49,277 nucleotides of DNA from a virus (lineage: Duplodnaviria > Heunggongvirae > Uroviricota > Caudoviricetes). Where the stretch lies: IMG/VR virus record IMGVR_UViG_2534682330_000007; one strand, given 5' to 3'. Of the stretch, positions 9,449 through 18,472 are shown one piece after another. Numbering within the stretch: position 1 is the first letter of the stretch; the number at the start of each line of letters is the position of its first letter. The notes beneath the pieces are model-generated. The model searched no databases and was not told where the DNA came from. It saw only the letters and a program-made list of their open reading frames with translations. The translations under genes and the position numbers were made by a program.

Positions 9449-9649
9449 TCAGGCAGCCTTGTTATTCTGTTTACCAAGTTCTCTGGCAATCATTGCCGTC
9501 GTTCGTATTGCCCATTTATCGACATATTTCCCATCCTCCATTACAGGAAACATTTCTTCAGGCTTAACCATGCATTCCGATTGCAGCTTGCATCCATTGC
9601 ATCGCTCGAATTGTCCACACCATTGATTCTTATCAATAGTCGCAGTCAT
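9449..9649 (-). CDS. ral: Ral (restriction alleviation)
   Basis: 66 aa MTATIDKNQWCGQFERCNGCKLQSECMVKPEEMFPVMEDGKYVDKWAIRTTAMIARELGKQNNKAA matches lambda Ral. Confidence 0.9.
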   Translation of the reverse strand: MTATIDKNQWCGQFERCNGCKLQSECMVKPEEMFPVMEDGKYVDKWAIRTTAMIARELGKQNNKAA

Positions 9650-9777
9650 ACGGATAGTCCTGGTATTGTTCCATCACATCCTGAGGATGCTCTTCGAACT
9701 CTTCAAATTCTTCTTCCATATCTCACCTCAAATAAGTGGTTTGCTGCCTAATTTCATTTTCTGGCGACCAACACAAG

Positions 9778-10050
9778 TCATCTTGCTGTCAGCTGTTTGG
9801 ATTTCCTGTAGCCTGCCGCGTAAATGGCTACATTTGGAAGACAAGTTGAGCCTTCATATTTTCTGGTCAACGTTGTCAGTGTTATTACTTCTGCTCTCAT
9901 TACTGGTTTGCGTTTGCATTGTAAGACCACTCGTGAAGGGGTTGGCCTGTGTAGCTTGTCAGAGCTGATCGCCTCCTGACTTTGCAGGTTTGCACGACGA
10001 GCTCTACGGCGAGAAGCTGCGGTGCCTTTAAATTCTGTTTTTCTGGACAT
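9778..10050 (-). CDS. N-like transcription antiterminator (non-lambda type), about 91 aa
   Basis: ATG at 10050 preceded by GGAGG; N-terminal arginine-rich motif KGTAASRRRARRANLQ like the RNA-binding motif of N proteins; first gene downstream of pL and nutL. Confidence 0.7.
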   Translation of the reverse strand: MSRKTEFKGTAASRRRARRANLQSQEAISSDKLHRPTPSRVVLQCKRKPVMRAEVITLTTLTRKYEGSTCLPNVAIYAAGYRKSKQLTAR

Positions 10051-10148
10051 AGATTCCTCCCGAATAAACTTTGGCGATGCAATCTCGAAGCTCCTCCTGA
10101 GACGGTTGCTTCGGCATTGCATCCCACAGCTTATGTGGTTGGGTGGTC

Positions 10149-10195
10149 TGGCTTTTCAGCCACGTAGTCGAGTGTTCGACGTTGTTTAAAGAGCC
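10149..10195 (-). promoter_or_regulatory. nutL candidate: boxA (GGCTCTTTA) then 24 nt then boxB hairpin (TGGCT-GAAA-AGCCA)
   Basis: Read on the minus strand between pL and N; same boxA-24 nt-boxB architecture as the nutR candidate at 12106-12151. Confidence 0.55.
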
Positions 10196-10240
10196 TGCCA
10201 GTCTGTTCCATTTGGCTTCCAGCGTCCTGCTGATGACTAA

Positions 10241-10269
10241 ATAGTACGATATGTACTTTACTTGGTCAA
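10241..10269 (-). promoter_or_regulatory. pL candidate (-35 TTGACC, 17-bp spacer, -10 TACTAT) overlapped by palindromic operator AGTACGATATGTACT (10243-10257)
   Basis: Sigma-70-like hexamers with ideal spacing on the minus strand about 180 nt upstream of N; perfect 15-bp palindrome in the spacer. Confidence 0.55.
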
Positions 10270-10454
10270 TACGATTTGTTCTATTGAGGAGTGGTTTTTT
10301 ACAACGCTTTGTATTTTATAGTGTTGTTTTTTAGCGTGGGTGTATTGCCTCGGCGATGTAGGGAGAGATCAGAATTGCGTTGTTTAGTGAGTTGTATCTA
10401 TTAATTTTGAAATAAATACAATTGGTTATGCGTTTTTTGGGGGGCGTTAGGCAA

Positions 10455-10485
10455 AGAAAACCCGGCGCTGAGGCCGGGTTATGTA
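10455..10485 (-). terminator. Intrinsic terminator candidate ending the cI operon (CCCGGC-loop-GCCGGG then U-run)
   Basis: Minus-strand hairpin followed by TTTTCTTTG, located just 3' of the small ORF and before the pL/oL region. Confidence 0.5.
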
Positions 10486-10489
10486 GGCA

Positions 10490-10591
10490 TTATGCGGCTT
10501 TTTTGGTGTGTGCTGACGAGCGAGCCAGAATCTCGTTGATGAGAGATCTCAGGGTCATTGCATCTTTGTGCAGAGTGGACATGGTTTTCAT
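10490..10591 (-). CDS. Small ORF, 33 aa, with Shine-Dalgarno; below ORF-track cutoff
   Basis: Hand translation: MKTMSTLHKDAMTLRSLINEILARSSAHTKKAA; GAGG 7 nt upstream of ATG; followed directly by a terminator. Confidence 0.35.
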   Translation of the reverse strand: MKTMSTLHKDAMTLRSLINEILARSSAHTKKAA

Positions 10592-10660
10592 TGCGTTTCC
10601 TCGGTTTATTTTATGGTACTAGCCTAGTTCAAATAGACTATATGAAATCTTGATTTACTA

Positions 10661-11041
10661 TTAAGGCCATTGGGTTGGTGGAAGATCGTGGGTTTTTATC
10701 TGCGTATTTGCTTCCACACATTTATCATAGTCTAATTTCTCTACAGCAAGCAATAGTGATTCAGCATACATCAATCCTTGTTTGATGTTCATAACATTTA
10801 TGCTTGCACTTGCGGCATCCATATCCTTTGCTGTCTCTACCATGTGCTCAAAGCTTTGAGCAATAGAGTCAACACCGTTTTTCATCCTTGTAAACACTAA
10901 TTTTAGCTCATCAAGGCTTGGATTCGTTAGATCATACATCCCATGCATTCCATGGGCTTCGAATAACTCTGACAACGATCTAAGGGCGAAGTTCACAGAA
11001 TCAATAACTTGGTCGTACTTTTTCTTATCAAGATCATTCAT
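10661..11041 (-). CDS. Hypothetical protein, 126 aa, in the rexAB slot downstream of cI
   Basis: ORF track; same strand as cI, 66 bp downstream of the cI stop; no resemblance to RexA/RexB noticed. Confidence 0.65.
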   Translation of the reverse strand: MNDLDKKKYDQVIDSVNFALRSLSELFEAHGMHGMYDLTNPSLDELKLVFTRMKNGVDSIAQSFEHMVETAKDMDAASASINVMNIKQGLMYAESLLLAVEKLDYDKCVEANTQIKTHDLPPTQWP

Positions 11042-11107
11042 TAAAAATATAACCTTTTAACTAATTGATATTGCTGCATTTATATCAATATATGCATTTC
11101 ACATATA

Positions 11108-11767
11108 TCACCCAAACGTCTCTTCAGGCCACTGGCTAGCGATAACTTTCCCCACAACGGAACAACTCTCATTGCATGGGATCATTGGGTACTGTGGGTT
11201 TAGTGGTTGTAGAAACACCTGACCGCTATCCCTGATCAGTTTCTTGAAGGTAAACTCATCACCACCAAGTCTGGCTATGCAGAAATCGCCGGGCTCAACA
11301 GCTTGCTCTGGGTCAACCAGAATTAACATCCCGTCAGGAAAACTAGGTTTGGAACCTGTTGGTGCGGTCATTGAGTTACCTTCAACCTCAAGCCAGAATG
11401 CAGAGTCACTGGCTTTTTTGGTTGTGCTTACCAATCTCTCCGCATCGCCTTTGGTAAAGGTTCTGAGTTCTGGAGAGAACATCCCAGCCTGAACATGAGA
11501 AAAAACAGGGTACTCATATTGTTTTTTAACTGGGGCCGATGAGTATTCGCCAACAGGTGAAAATGTCCCGTCGTGGTTGAATGATATGTTATCAATACCA
11601 AGGTATTTAAACACCACACCAATATCACTAAGAGATGGATGACGAGATCCGCGCAACCAGTGTCCAATTCCACCCTGCGTCATACCTAGCTCTTCGGCTA
11701 ACTTCTCTTGAGTTATGCCGAGCTCTTTCATTCTGGATCTAGCCAGTTCATACCATTTCATTTTCAT
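11108..11767 (-). CDS. cI: CI repressor, hybrid: heterologous HTH N-terminal domain plus lambda-type C-terminal dimerisation/autocleavage domain
   Basis: C-terminal 130 aa ([28 protein letters not shown] ... SQWPEETFG) matches lambda CI; N-terminal HTH ([25 protein letters not shown]) does not; start taken at ATG 11767 (ATG 11761 also possible). Confidence 0.9.
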   Translation of the reverse strand: MKMKWYELARSRMKELGITQEKLAEELGMTQGGIGHWLRGSRHPSLSDIGVVFKYLGIDNISFNHDGTFSPVGEYSSAPVKKQYEYPVFSHVQAGMFSPELRTFTKGDAERLVSTTKKASDSAFWLEVEGNSMTAPTGSKPSFPDGMLILVDPEQAVEPGDFCIARLGGDEFTFKKLIRDSGQVFLQPLNPQYPMIPCNESCSVVGKVIASQWPEETFG

Positions 11768-11879
11768 GTCCTTATTATTACGCTCTGTACTGGAACCATC
11801 CATGCACAATGTGTATTTTTTGCTTGTGTTTAAGAAGTACATATTGTATTTTTTTATTTGTGGTTACTATGGAGGGCAT
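11768..11879. promoter_or_regulatory. oR region with divergent pRM and pR and operator-like sites of form TAC-N-GTA (e.g. ATTACGCTCTGTACT 11778-11792, AGTACATATTGTATT 11836-11850)
   Basis: 112-bp cI-cro intergenic region; operator-like sequences resemble the oL palindrome; cI start has almost no leader, consistent with a pRM-type transcript. Confidence 0.55.
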
Positions 11880-12095
11880 ATGAGCAACCTACGAAAATAT
11901 CGAGAGTCACTGAATATCTCTCAAACAACACTTGCTAAGGCAGTTGGATGCACACAGGGAGCTATCGGACATTGGGAATCTGGTCGTCGCTTCCCAGACC
12001 TTAAAACATGCCGTGCTCTTGTTGCGTGTCTAAACAAGTTAGGCGCAAAAGTAAGTCTTGATGATGTGTTTCCGCCGGAGCACAAAGCTGCGTAA
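11880..12095 (+). CDS. cro: Cro-like repressor (HTH, non-lambda immunity), 71 aa
   Basis: ATG at 11880 after GGAGGG; HTH motif ISQTTLAKAVGCTQGAIGHWESG; first rightward gene of the immunity region. Confidence 0.85.
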   Translation: MSNLRKYRESLNISQTTLAKAVGCTQGAIGHWESGRRFPDLKTCRALVACLNKLGAKVSLDDVFPPEHKAA

Positions 12096-12105
12096 TAAGC
12101 GGAGC

Positions 12106-12151
12106 CGCTCTTTGTAACAACGGACATTCGTCCTACGTCGCTGAAAAGCGA
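12106..12151 (+). promoter_or_regulatory. nutR candidate: boxA CGCTCTTT then 24 nt then boxB hairpin TCGCT-GAAA-AGCGA
   Basis: Located between cro and cII; boxA matches the lambdoid consensus; GAAA-loop hairpin. Confidence 0.55.
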
Positions 12152-12236
12152 GTCCCAAGATATCTGACCAACTAAGGCCATATGCGTTTCCACGCATACC
12201 TTTCAACTAACTATTCACTATTGGAAATCTTAAGAA

Positions 12237-12533
12237 ATGGAACGAACAAGTTACAGCAAACTATCACAGCGTGACGTTGATCGCGCAGAAACAGATTTAC
12301 TCATCAACCTATCAACTCTTACCCAGCGCGGTCTGGCAAAGATGATTGGCTGTCATGAATCGAAGATAAGCAGAACGGACTGGAGATTTATTGCTTCGGT
12401 CTTGTGTGCTTTCGGAATGGCATCAGACATCAGTCCGATTAGCAGGGCTTTTAAGTATGCGCTTGCTGAAATCACAAAGAAAAAATCCCCGGCCGCCACC
12501 GAGGATTTTAAGCAAATTGATATGCAATTCTGA
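12237..12533 (+). CDS. cII: CII-like transcriptional activator
   Basis: 98 aa; C-terminus ITKKKSPAATEDFKQIDMQF resembles lambda CII C-terminus; position between cro and O. Confidence 0.85.
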   Translation: MERTSYSKLSQRDVDRAETDLLINLSTLTQRGLAKMIGCHESKISRTDWRFIASVLCAFGMASDISPISRAFKYALAEITKKKSPAATEDFKQIDMQF

Positions 12534-12565
12534 GGGAATTACTGGATCTATCAACAGGAGTCATT

Positions 12566-13465
12566 ATGACAAATACAGCAAAAATACTCAACTTCGGCAG
12601 AGGTAACTTTGCCGGACAGGAGCGTAATGTGGCAGATCTCGATGATGGTTACGCCAGACTATCAAATATGCTGCTTGAGGCTTATTCGGGCGCAGATCTG
12701 ACCAAGCGACAGTTTAAAGTGCTGCTTGCCATTCTGCGTAAAACCTATGGGTGGAATAAACCAATGGACAGAATCACCGATTCTCAACTTAGCGAGATTA
12801 CAAAGTTACCTGTCAAACGGTGCAATGAAGCCAAGTTAGAACTCGTCAGAATGAATATTATCAAGCAGCAAGGCGGCATGTTTGGACCAAATAAAAACAT
12901 CTCAGAATGGTGTATCCCTCAAAACGAGGGAAAATCCCCTAAAACGAGGGATAAAACATCCCTCAAATTGGGGGATTGCTATCCCTCAAAACAGGGGGAC
13001 ACAAAAGACACTATTACAAAAGAAAAAAGAAAAGATTATTCGTCCGAGAATTCTGGCGAATCCTCTGACCAGCCAGAAAACGATCTTTCTGTGGTTAAAC
13101 CGGATGCTGCAATTCAGAGCGGCAGTAAGTGGGGAACAGCAGAAGACCTGACCGCCGCAGAGTGGATGTTTGACATGGTGAAGACCATCGCGCCATCAGC
13201 CAGAAAACCGAATTTTGCTGGGTGGGCTAACGATATCCGCCTGATGCGTGAACGTGACGGACGTAACCACCGCGATATGTGTGTGCTTTTCCGCTGGGCC
13301 TGCCAGGACAACTTCTGGTCCGGTAACGTGCTGAGTCCGGCCAAACTCCGCGACAAGTGGACCCAGCTCGAAATCAACCGTAACAAGCAACAGGCTGGCG
13401 TGACAGCCGGAAAACCAAAACTCGACCTGACAAACACTGACTGGATTTACGGGGTGGATCTATGA
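12566..13465 (+). CDS. O: Replication initiator O (lambda type)
   Basis: 299 aa MTNTAKILNFGRGNFAGQERNVADLDDGYARLSNMLLEAYSGADLTKRQFKVLLAILRKTYGW matches lambda O. Confidence 0.97.
   Translation: MTNTAKILNFGRGNFAGQERNVADLDDGYARLSNMLLEAYSGADLTKRQFKVLLAILRKTYGWNKPMDRITDSQLSEITKLPVKRCNEAKLELVRMNIIKQQGGMFGPNKNISEWCIPQNEGKSPKTRDKTSLKLGDCYPSKQGDTKDTITKEKRKDYSSENSGESSDQPENDLSVVKPDAAIQSGSKWGTAEDLTAAEWMFDMVKTIAPSARKPNFAGWANDIRLMRERDGRNHRDMCVLFRWACQDNFWSGNVLSPAKLRDKWTQLEINRNKQQAGVTAGKPKLDLTNTDWIYGVDL
12913..13045. other. Replication origin: four iterons (TCCCTCAAAACGAGGGA-like) plus AT-rich region inside O
   Basis: Four direct repeats at about 12915, 12935, 12957 and 12982 followed by an A/T-rich stretch, as in ori lambda. 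Confidence 0.9.
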
Positions 13466-14163
13466 AAAACATCGCCGCACAGATGGTTAACTTTGACCGT
13501 GAGCAGATGCGTCGGATCGCCAACAACATGCCGGAACAGTACGACGAAAAGCCACAGGTACAGCAGGTAGCGCAGATCATCAACGGTGTGTTCAGCCAGT
13601 TACTGGCAACTTTCCCGGCGAGTCTGGCTAACCGTGACCAGAACGAACTGAACGAAATCCGCCGCCAGTGGGTTCTGGCTTTCCGGGAAAACGGGATCAC
13701 CACAATGGAACAGGTTAACGCAGGAATGCGCGTAGCCCGTCGGCAGAATCGACCATTTCTGCCATCACCCGGGCAGTTTGTTGCATGGTGCCGGGAAGAA
13801 GCATCCGTTATCGCCGGACTGCCAAACGTCAGCGAGCTGGTTGATATGGTTTACGAGTATTGCCGGAAGCGAGGCCTGTATCCGGATGCGGAGTCTTATC
13901 CGTGGAAATCAAACGCGCACTACTGGCTGGTTACCAACCTGTATCAGAACATGCGGGCCAATGCGCTTACTGATGCGGAATTACGCCGTAAGGCCGCAGA
14001 TGAGCTTGTCCATATGACTGCGAGAATTAACCGTGGTGAGGCGATCCCTGAACCAGTAAAACAACTTCCTGTTATGGGCGGTAGACCTCTAAATCGTGCA
14101 CAGGCTCTGGCGAAGATCGCAGAAATTAAAGCTAAGTTCGGACTGAAAGGAGCAAGTGTATGA
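13462..14163 (+). CDS. P: Replication protein P (DnaB loader)
   Basis: 233 aa MKNIAAQMVNFDREQMRRIANNMPEQYDEKPQVQQVAQIINGVFSQLLATFPASLANRDQNELNEIRRQW matches lambda P. Confidence 0.97.
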   Translation: MKNIAAQMVNFDREQMRRIANNMPEQYDEKPQVQQVAQIINGVFSQLLATFPASLANRDQNELNEIRRQWVLAFRENGITTMEQVNAGMRVARRQNRPFLPSPGQFVAWCREEASVIAGLPNVSELVDMVYEYCRKRGLYPDAESYPWKSNAHYWLVTNLYQNMRANALTDAELRRKAADELVHMTARINRGEAIPEPVKQLPVMGGRPLNRAQALAKIAEIKAKFGLKGASV

Positions 14164-14450
14164 CGGGCAAAGAGGCAATTATTCATTACCTGGGGACGCA
14201 TAAGAGCTTCTGTGCGCAGGACGTTGCTGCGGTAACAGGCGCAACAGTAACCAGTATAAATCAGGCTGCGGTTAAAATGGCACGGGCAGGTCTTCTGGTT
14301 ATCGAAGGTAAGGTCTGGCGAACGGTGTATTACCGGTTTGCTACCAGGGAAGAACGGGAAGGAAAGATGAGCACGAACCTGATTTTTAAGGAGTGTCGCC
14401 AGAGTGCCGCGATGAAACGGGTATTGGCAGTATATGGAGTTAAAAGATGA
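14160..14450 (+). CDS. ren: Ren (Rex exclusion resistance)
   Basis: 96 aa MTGKEAIIHYLGTHKSFCAQDVAAVTGATVTSINQAAVKMARAGLLVIEGKVWRTVYYRFATREEREGK matches lambda Ren. Confidence 0.95.
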   Translation: MTGKEAIIHYLGTHKSFCAQDVAAVTGATVTSINQAAVKMARAGLLVIEGKVWRTVYYRFATREEREGKMSTNLIFKECRQSAAMKRVLAVYGVKR

Positions 14451-14475
14451 CCATCTACATCACTGAGCTAATAAC

Positions 14476-14507
14476 AGGCCTGCTGGTAATCGCAGGCCTT
14501 TTTATTT
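14476..14507 (+). terminator. Rho-independent terminator (tR2-like) between ren and ninB
   Basis: AGGCCTGC-N8-GCAGGCCT stem-loop followed by TTTTATTT. Confidence 0.7.
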
Positions 14508-14523
14508 GGGGGAGAGGGAAGTC

Positions 14524-14964
14524 ATGAAAAAACTAACCTTTGAAATTCGATCTCCAGCACATCAGCAAAACGCTATTCACGCGGTACAGCAAATTCTTCC
14601 AGACCCAACCAAACCAATCGTAGTAACCATTCAGGAACGCAACCGCAGCTTAGACCAGAACCGAAAGCTATGGGCCTGCTTAGGTGACGTCTCTCGTCAG
14701 GTTGAATGGCATGGTCGCTGGCTGGATGCAGAAAGCTGGAAGTGTGTGTTTACCGCAGCATTAAAGCAGCAGGATGTTGTTCCTAACCTTGCCGGGAATG
14801 GCTTTGTGGTAATAGGCCAGTCAACCAGCAGGATGCGTGTAGGCGAATTTGCGGAGCTATTAGAGCTTATACAGGCATTCGGTACAGAGCGTGGCGTTAA
14901 GTGGTCAGACGAAGCGAGACTGGCTCTGGAGTGGAAAGCGAGATGGGGAGATCGGGCTGCATGA
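14524..14964 (+). CDS. ninB: NinB (recombination mediator), 146 aa
   Basis: ATG at 14524 gives MKKLTFEIRSPAHQQNAIHAVQQILPDPTKPIVVTIQERNRSLDQNRKLWACLGDVSRQVEWHG, matching lambda NinB. Confidence 0.95.
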   Translation: MKKLTFEIRSPAHQQNAIHAVQQILPDPTKPIVVTIQERNRSLDQNRKLWACLGDVSRQVEWHGRWLDAESWKCVFTAALKQQDVVPNLAGNGFVVIGQSTSRMRVGEFAELLELIQAFGTERGVKWSDEARLALEWKARWGDRAA

Positions 14965-15492
14965 CTATCAAATCAAATACGCCAGCACACGACAAGGACT
15001 GCTGGCAAACGAACGCCGCTTTGGCTTTTTGATGCACTGGATATTGAGTTTGGATTCTGGCTGGATTCGGCAGCGAGCGACAAAAATGCTCTGTGTGCTC
15101 ACTGGCTAACTGAGGCCGACGACGCGCTCAATTCTGAGTGGGTAAGCCACGGTGCAATCTGGAATAACCCACCGTACAGCAATATCAGGCCGTGGGTGGA
15201 AAAAGCTGCTGAGCAGTGCATACAACAGCAACAGACGGTAGTTATGCTTGTGCCAGAGGATATGTCAGTCGGATGGTTCAGCAAGGCTCTGGAGAGTGTC
15301 GACGAAGTTCGCATTATCACTGATGGACGGATTAATTTTATCGAACCATCGACAGGGCTGGAGAAGAAGGGAAACAGCAAAGGCTCCATGCTGCTGATTT
15401 GGCGACCGTTCATCAGTCCTCGACGGATGTTTACTACCGTATCCAAAGCGGCATTGATGGCGATCGGGCAGGGCGTCAGGAGGGCGGCATGA
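14961..15492 (+). pseudogene. Phage Dam-type DNA N6-adenine methyltransferase, disrupted by a +1 frameshift in a T5 run (15026-15030)
   Basis: ATG 14961 overlaps ninB stop (ATGA); frame 0 reads MTIKSNTPAHDKDCWQTNAALAF then stops at 15030-15032; the next frame continues DALDIEFGFWLDSAAS...IWNNPPYS (NPPY catalytic motif) to 15492; removing one T restores a single 177-codon ORF. Confidence 0.6.
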
Positions 15493-15665
15493 GGCGACAG
15501 CGACGAAGTTTCACCGACATCATCTGCGAAAACTGCAAATACCTTCCAACGAAACGCTCCAGAAATAAACGCAAGCCAATCCCAAAAGAATCTGACGTAA
15601 AAACCTTCAATTACACAGCTCACCTGTGGGATATCCGGTGGCTAAGATATCGTGCGAGGAAATGA
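15489..15665 (+). CDS. ninE: NinE-like small basic protein, 58 aa
   Basis: ATG 15489 overlapping the upstream stop; [58 protein letters not shown] resembles lambda NinE. Confidence 0.75.
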   Translation: MRRQRRSFTDIICENCKYLPTKRSRNKRKPIPKESDVKTFNYTAHLWDIRWLRYRARK

Positions 15666-16009
15666 CAATGGATTATTCACAGTTAAGTGATTTTGAAATT
15701 AACAGAATGGTAGGAGACATAATTTTTAAAGGCCTTTGGGCAAGTAAACCGGAAACATCAGGGAATAACACCAACAAATGGTATTACGGAAATGCTGATA
15801 CAACTTTTGAGCCATTAAATCATTTGCCTGACTACTGCAATGATCCGAGCGCTTCATGGCCGATTATTGAGAAATACAGGATTTCTATCTTAGACCAGTT
15901 AACTGAATGGTGTGTGGATGCAAAAGGCGTAAGCCCAATATTTGATACCAGACCTCTCCGCGCCGCCATGATTGTCTTTCTCCTGATGCAGGAGGCCAAT
16001 AATGCTTAG
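15662..16009 (+). CDS. Nin-region protein, 115 aa (NinX/DUF2591-like; family call tentative)
   Basis: ATG 15662 overlapping ninE stop; [22 protein letters not shown] ... [12 protein letters not shown]. Confidence 0.55.
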   Translation: MTMDYSQLSDFEINRMVGDIIFKGLWASKPETSGNNTNKWYYGNADTTFEPLNHLPDYCNDPSASWPIIEKYRISILDQLTEWCVDAKGVSPIFDTRPLRAAMIVFLLMQEANNA

Positions 16010-16196
16010 CCCATCTCAATCCCTTCAATACCTGAAAGGAAGCATAGAGCGGGCTTCAATGTGCACAGAGTGGATTCTATCTAGGTTTAGCGCATACAGA
16101 AGATTGCCGGTAAAGGGCATGCCAAGCAAGTCGATGCTGCATATGCAAAAGAATGCGCGCTGGAAGGTATGGCGAGAACACAGGTTATCTGGCTGA
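16002..16196 (+). CDS. Small nin-region ORF, 64 aa (doubtful; an alternative frame is open for 42 codons up to the rusA start)
   Basis: ORF track; start overlaps the upstream stop; the region may be a mosaic junction, so the true reading frame is uncertain. Confidence 0.3.
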   Translation: MLSPSQSLQYLKGSIERASMCTEWILSRFSAYRRLPVKGMPSKSMLHMQKNARWKVWREHRLSG

Positions 16197-16215
16197 AAGA
16201 GGGGGTTATTAAGGC

Positions 16216-16578
16216 GTGAATACCTACAGCATCACATTACCCTGGCCTCCGAGCAATAATCGCTATTACCGCCATAATCGCGGGCGCACGCACGTCAGCG
16301 CAGAGGGGCAGGCATACCGCGATAACGTCGCCCGAATCATTAAAAACGCAATGCTGGATATCGGCCTGGCTATGCCTGTGAAAATCCGCATTGAGTGCCA
16401 CATGCCGGATCGCCGTCGCCGTGACCTGGATAATCTGCAAAAAGCCGCTTTTGACGCACTCACCAAAGCAGGTTTCTGGCTGGATGATGTTCAGGTCGTT
16501 GATTACCGTGTTGTGAAGATGCCCGTTACCAAAGGTGGGAAGCTGGAGCTGACCATCACCGAACTGGGGAATGAATGA
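16216..16578 (+). CDS. rusA: RusA Holliday-junction resolvase
   Basis: 120 aa [74 protein letters not shown] matches E. coli DLP12 RusA; GTG start. Confidence 0.92.
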   Translation: MNTYSITLPWPPSNNRYYRHNRGRTHVSAEGQAYRDNVARIIKNAMLDIGLAMPVKIRIECHMPDRRRRDLDNLQKAAFDALTKAGFWLDDVQVVDYRVVKMPVTKGGKLELTITELGNE

Positions 16579-16593
16579 TGTTTGAGTCTTAAT

Positions 16594-16716
16594 ATGGCAG
16601 AACGTATTCGCCACCGCTGGATACGCCTGCGCTTATATCGTTTCCCCGGTTCTGTTTTGACCGATTACCGGATACTGAAGAATTACGCCAAAACACTGAC
16701 AGGAGCAGGAGTATGA
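16594..16716 (+). CDS. ylcG: Small protein, 40 aa, YlcG-like (DLP12); below ORF-track cutoff
   Basis: Hand translation MAERIRHRWIRLRLYRFPGSVLTDYRILKNYAKTLTGAGV between rusA and Q, the position of ylcG in DLP12. Confidence 0.5.
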   Translation: MAERIRHRWIRLRLYRFPGSVLTDYRILKNYAKTLTGAGV

Positions 16717-16801
16717 AGTCAGAGATAACAATCAACTAATACTGTTTTGTTGATTTTTGCTTGTAATTGGCGTTCTGGTCTGAGTTTTGTGGAGTAAGTT
16801 G

Positions 16802-17185
16802 ATGCGTGATATTCAGATGGTTCTTGAGCGTTGGGGAGCGTGGGCGGCTAATAATCATGAAGATGTGACCTGGTCGTCCATTGCCGCCGGTTTTAAGGGA
16901 TTAATTCCTTCAAAAGTAAAATCTCGCCCACAATGTTGTGACGATGACGCGATGATCATTTGCGGGTGCATGGCCCGTCTGAAAAAGAACAACAGCGATT
17001 TGCACGATTTATTAGTAGATTATTATGTAGTCGGTATGACATTCATGTCACTGGCAGGTAAGCATTGCTGCTCTGATGGTTATATCGGGAAAAGGTTACA
17101 GAAGGCTGAGGGCATAATTGAAGGGATGTTAATGGCATTAGATATCCGGTTAGAGATGGATATCGTTGTTAATAACTCTAATTAA
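16802..17185 (+). CDS. Q: Late-gene antiterminator Q (phage 82 / DLP12 QuuD type), 127 aa
   Basis: ATG 16802; [75 protein letters not shown] as recalled for QuuD/Q82, unlike lambda Q. Confidence 0.9.
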   Translation: MRDIQMVLERWGAWAANNHEDVTWSSIAAGFKGLIPSKVKSRPQCCDDDAMIICGCMARLKKNNSDLHDLLVDYYVVGMTFMSLAGKHCCSDGYIGKRLQKAEGIIEGMLMALDIRLEMDIVVNNSN

Positions 17186-17325
17186 TATGCCAATTGTTTA
17201 CTAAAAATTATTAAAAATGGGGCGTTGAGACGCCCCCAAAAATAAAGGGTAATATATAACAGAAGGTTTATATAGTTAGAAGCAAGGTTGTGCTTCTAAA
17301 GGAAGTGGCTTGAGGGAGCCACTTA

Positions 17326-17365
17326 TATGTTGGGGAGGCAATGCCTCCCGCAACATATCTTTTTC
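17326..17365. terminator. Long inverted repeat (ATATGTTGGGGAGGC-AAT-GCCTCCCGCAACATAT) then CTTTTTC; terminator between Q and the convergent porin gene
   Basis: Read from sequence immediately 3' of the porin stop codon and downstream of Q. Confidence 0.5.
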
Positions 17366-17374
17366 GTAATCAGA

Positions 17375-18472
17375 TTAGAACTGGTAAACCAGACCTACAG
17401 CAACGATGTCATCAGTGCTTACACCGAGTGCTTTAGTGAAGTCATTTTTGTCAAGCAGGTTGATTTTGTAATCAACGAAAGTAGACATATTTTTGTTGAA
17501 GTAATAGGTTGCACCTACATCAACATATTTGACTAAGTCCTGATCGCCCCATACTCCAAGATCCTTACCTTTAGATTGCAGGTAAGCAACGGACGGACGC
17601 AGACCGAAATCGAACTGATATTGTGCAACAGCTTCGAAGTTTTGGGCTTTATTAGCAACGAAGTGATCAGCAAATACAGTCATATTCTGGGTTTCAGAAT
17701 AGGTAGTGGCCAGGTAAATGTTGTTAGCGTCATATTTCAGACCTGCGGCCCAAACTTCTGCATTTTTACCGGAAGCAAATACTTCAGGAAGAACTTTCCC
17801 TGCATTAACTTGAGTGTCGGTACGATCAGATTTTGCATAAGTTGCACCGATACCGAATCCTTCGTATTCATAGGTAGCAGAGAAACCGAAGCCATCACCG
17901 TTACCTTCGGTGTAGTTATCGAAATCGCTACGATCGTTTTTGCCTTGGTACTGAGCAGCAAAGTTCAGACCATCAACCAGGCCAAAGAAGTCGTTGTTAC
18001 GATAGGTTGCAACACCAGTGGTGCGACCAGTCATGAACACATCTGTTTGGGTCCAGGTATCGCCACCGAATTCTGGCAGAACGTCAGTCCACGCACCGAT
18101 GTCGTATGCTCCACCGTAGTTACGGCCGTAATCGATTGAGCCGTAGTCACCGAATTTCAGGCCTGCAAATGCAAGACGGGTTTTGTCTTTGGAGGAACCT
18201 TGAGATTCAGCGCGGTTGCCTTTGAATTCATATTCCCACTGACCGAAACCAGTCAGTTGATCGTTGATTTGGGTTTCACCTTTGAAGCCAAGACGGGCAT
18301 AAGTAGTATCACCATCATCTGCATCATTAGAGGAGAAGTAGTGCTTAGCATTAACTTTCCCGTACAGATCCAGCTTGTTACTGTCTTTATTATAAATTTC
18401 AGCTGCCTGAGCAGACATCGCCATCAGTACTGATGCAGCTACAGCAGAAATTGCCACTGTTAATTTTTTCAT
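17375..18472 (-). CDS. nmpC: Outer-membrane porin of the OmpC/OmpF family (phage Lc / NmpC type), intact 365 aa
   Basis: Signal peptide [23 protein letters not shown], porin beta-barrel signature with C-terminal ...VAVGLVYQF; same position and orientation as nmpC in DLP12 and lc in phage PA-2. Confidence 0.92.
   Translation of the reverse strand: MKKLTVAISAVAASVLMAMSAQAAEIYNKDSNKLDLYGKVNAKHYFSSNDADDGDTTYARLGFKGETQINDQLTGFGQWEYEFKGNRAESQGSSKDKTRLAFAGLKFGDYGSIDYGRNYGGAYDIGAWTDVLPEFGGDTWTQTDVFMTGRTTGVATYRNNDFFGLVDGLNFAAQYQGKNDRSDFDNYTEGNGDGFGFSATYEYEGFGIGATYAKSDRTDTQVNAGKVLPEVFASGKNAEVWAAGLKYDANNIYLATTYSETQNMTVFADHFVANKAQNFEAVAQYQFDFGLRPSVAYLQSKGKDLGVWGDQDLVKYVDVGATYYFNKNMSTFVDYKINLLDKNDFTKALGVSTDDIVAVGLVYQF

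Noticed and set aside
9666-9968. 100-aa plus-strand ORF antisense to the N-like gene
   Set aside because: Antisense to a gene with a clear RBS and arginine-rich motif; no start signals.
14891-15109. 72-aa ORF overlapping the ninB end and the methyltransferase start
   Set aside because: Third frame across the frameshifted methyltransferase; no homology and no RBS; explained by the pseudogene.
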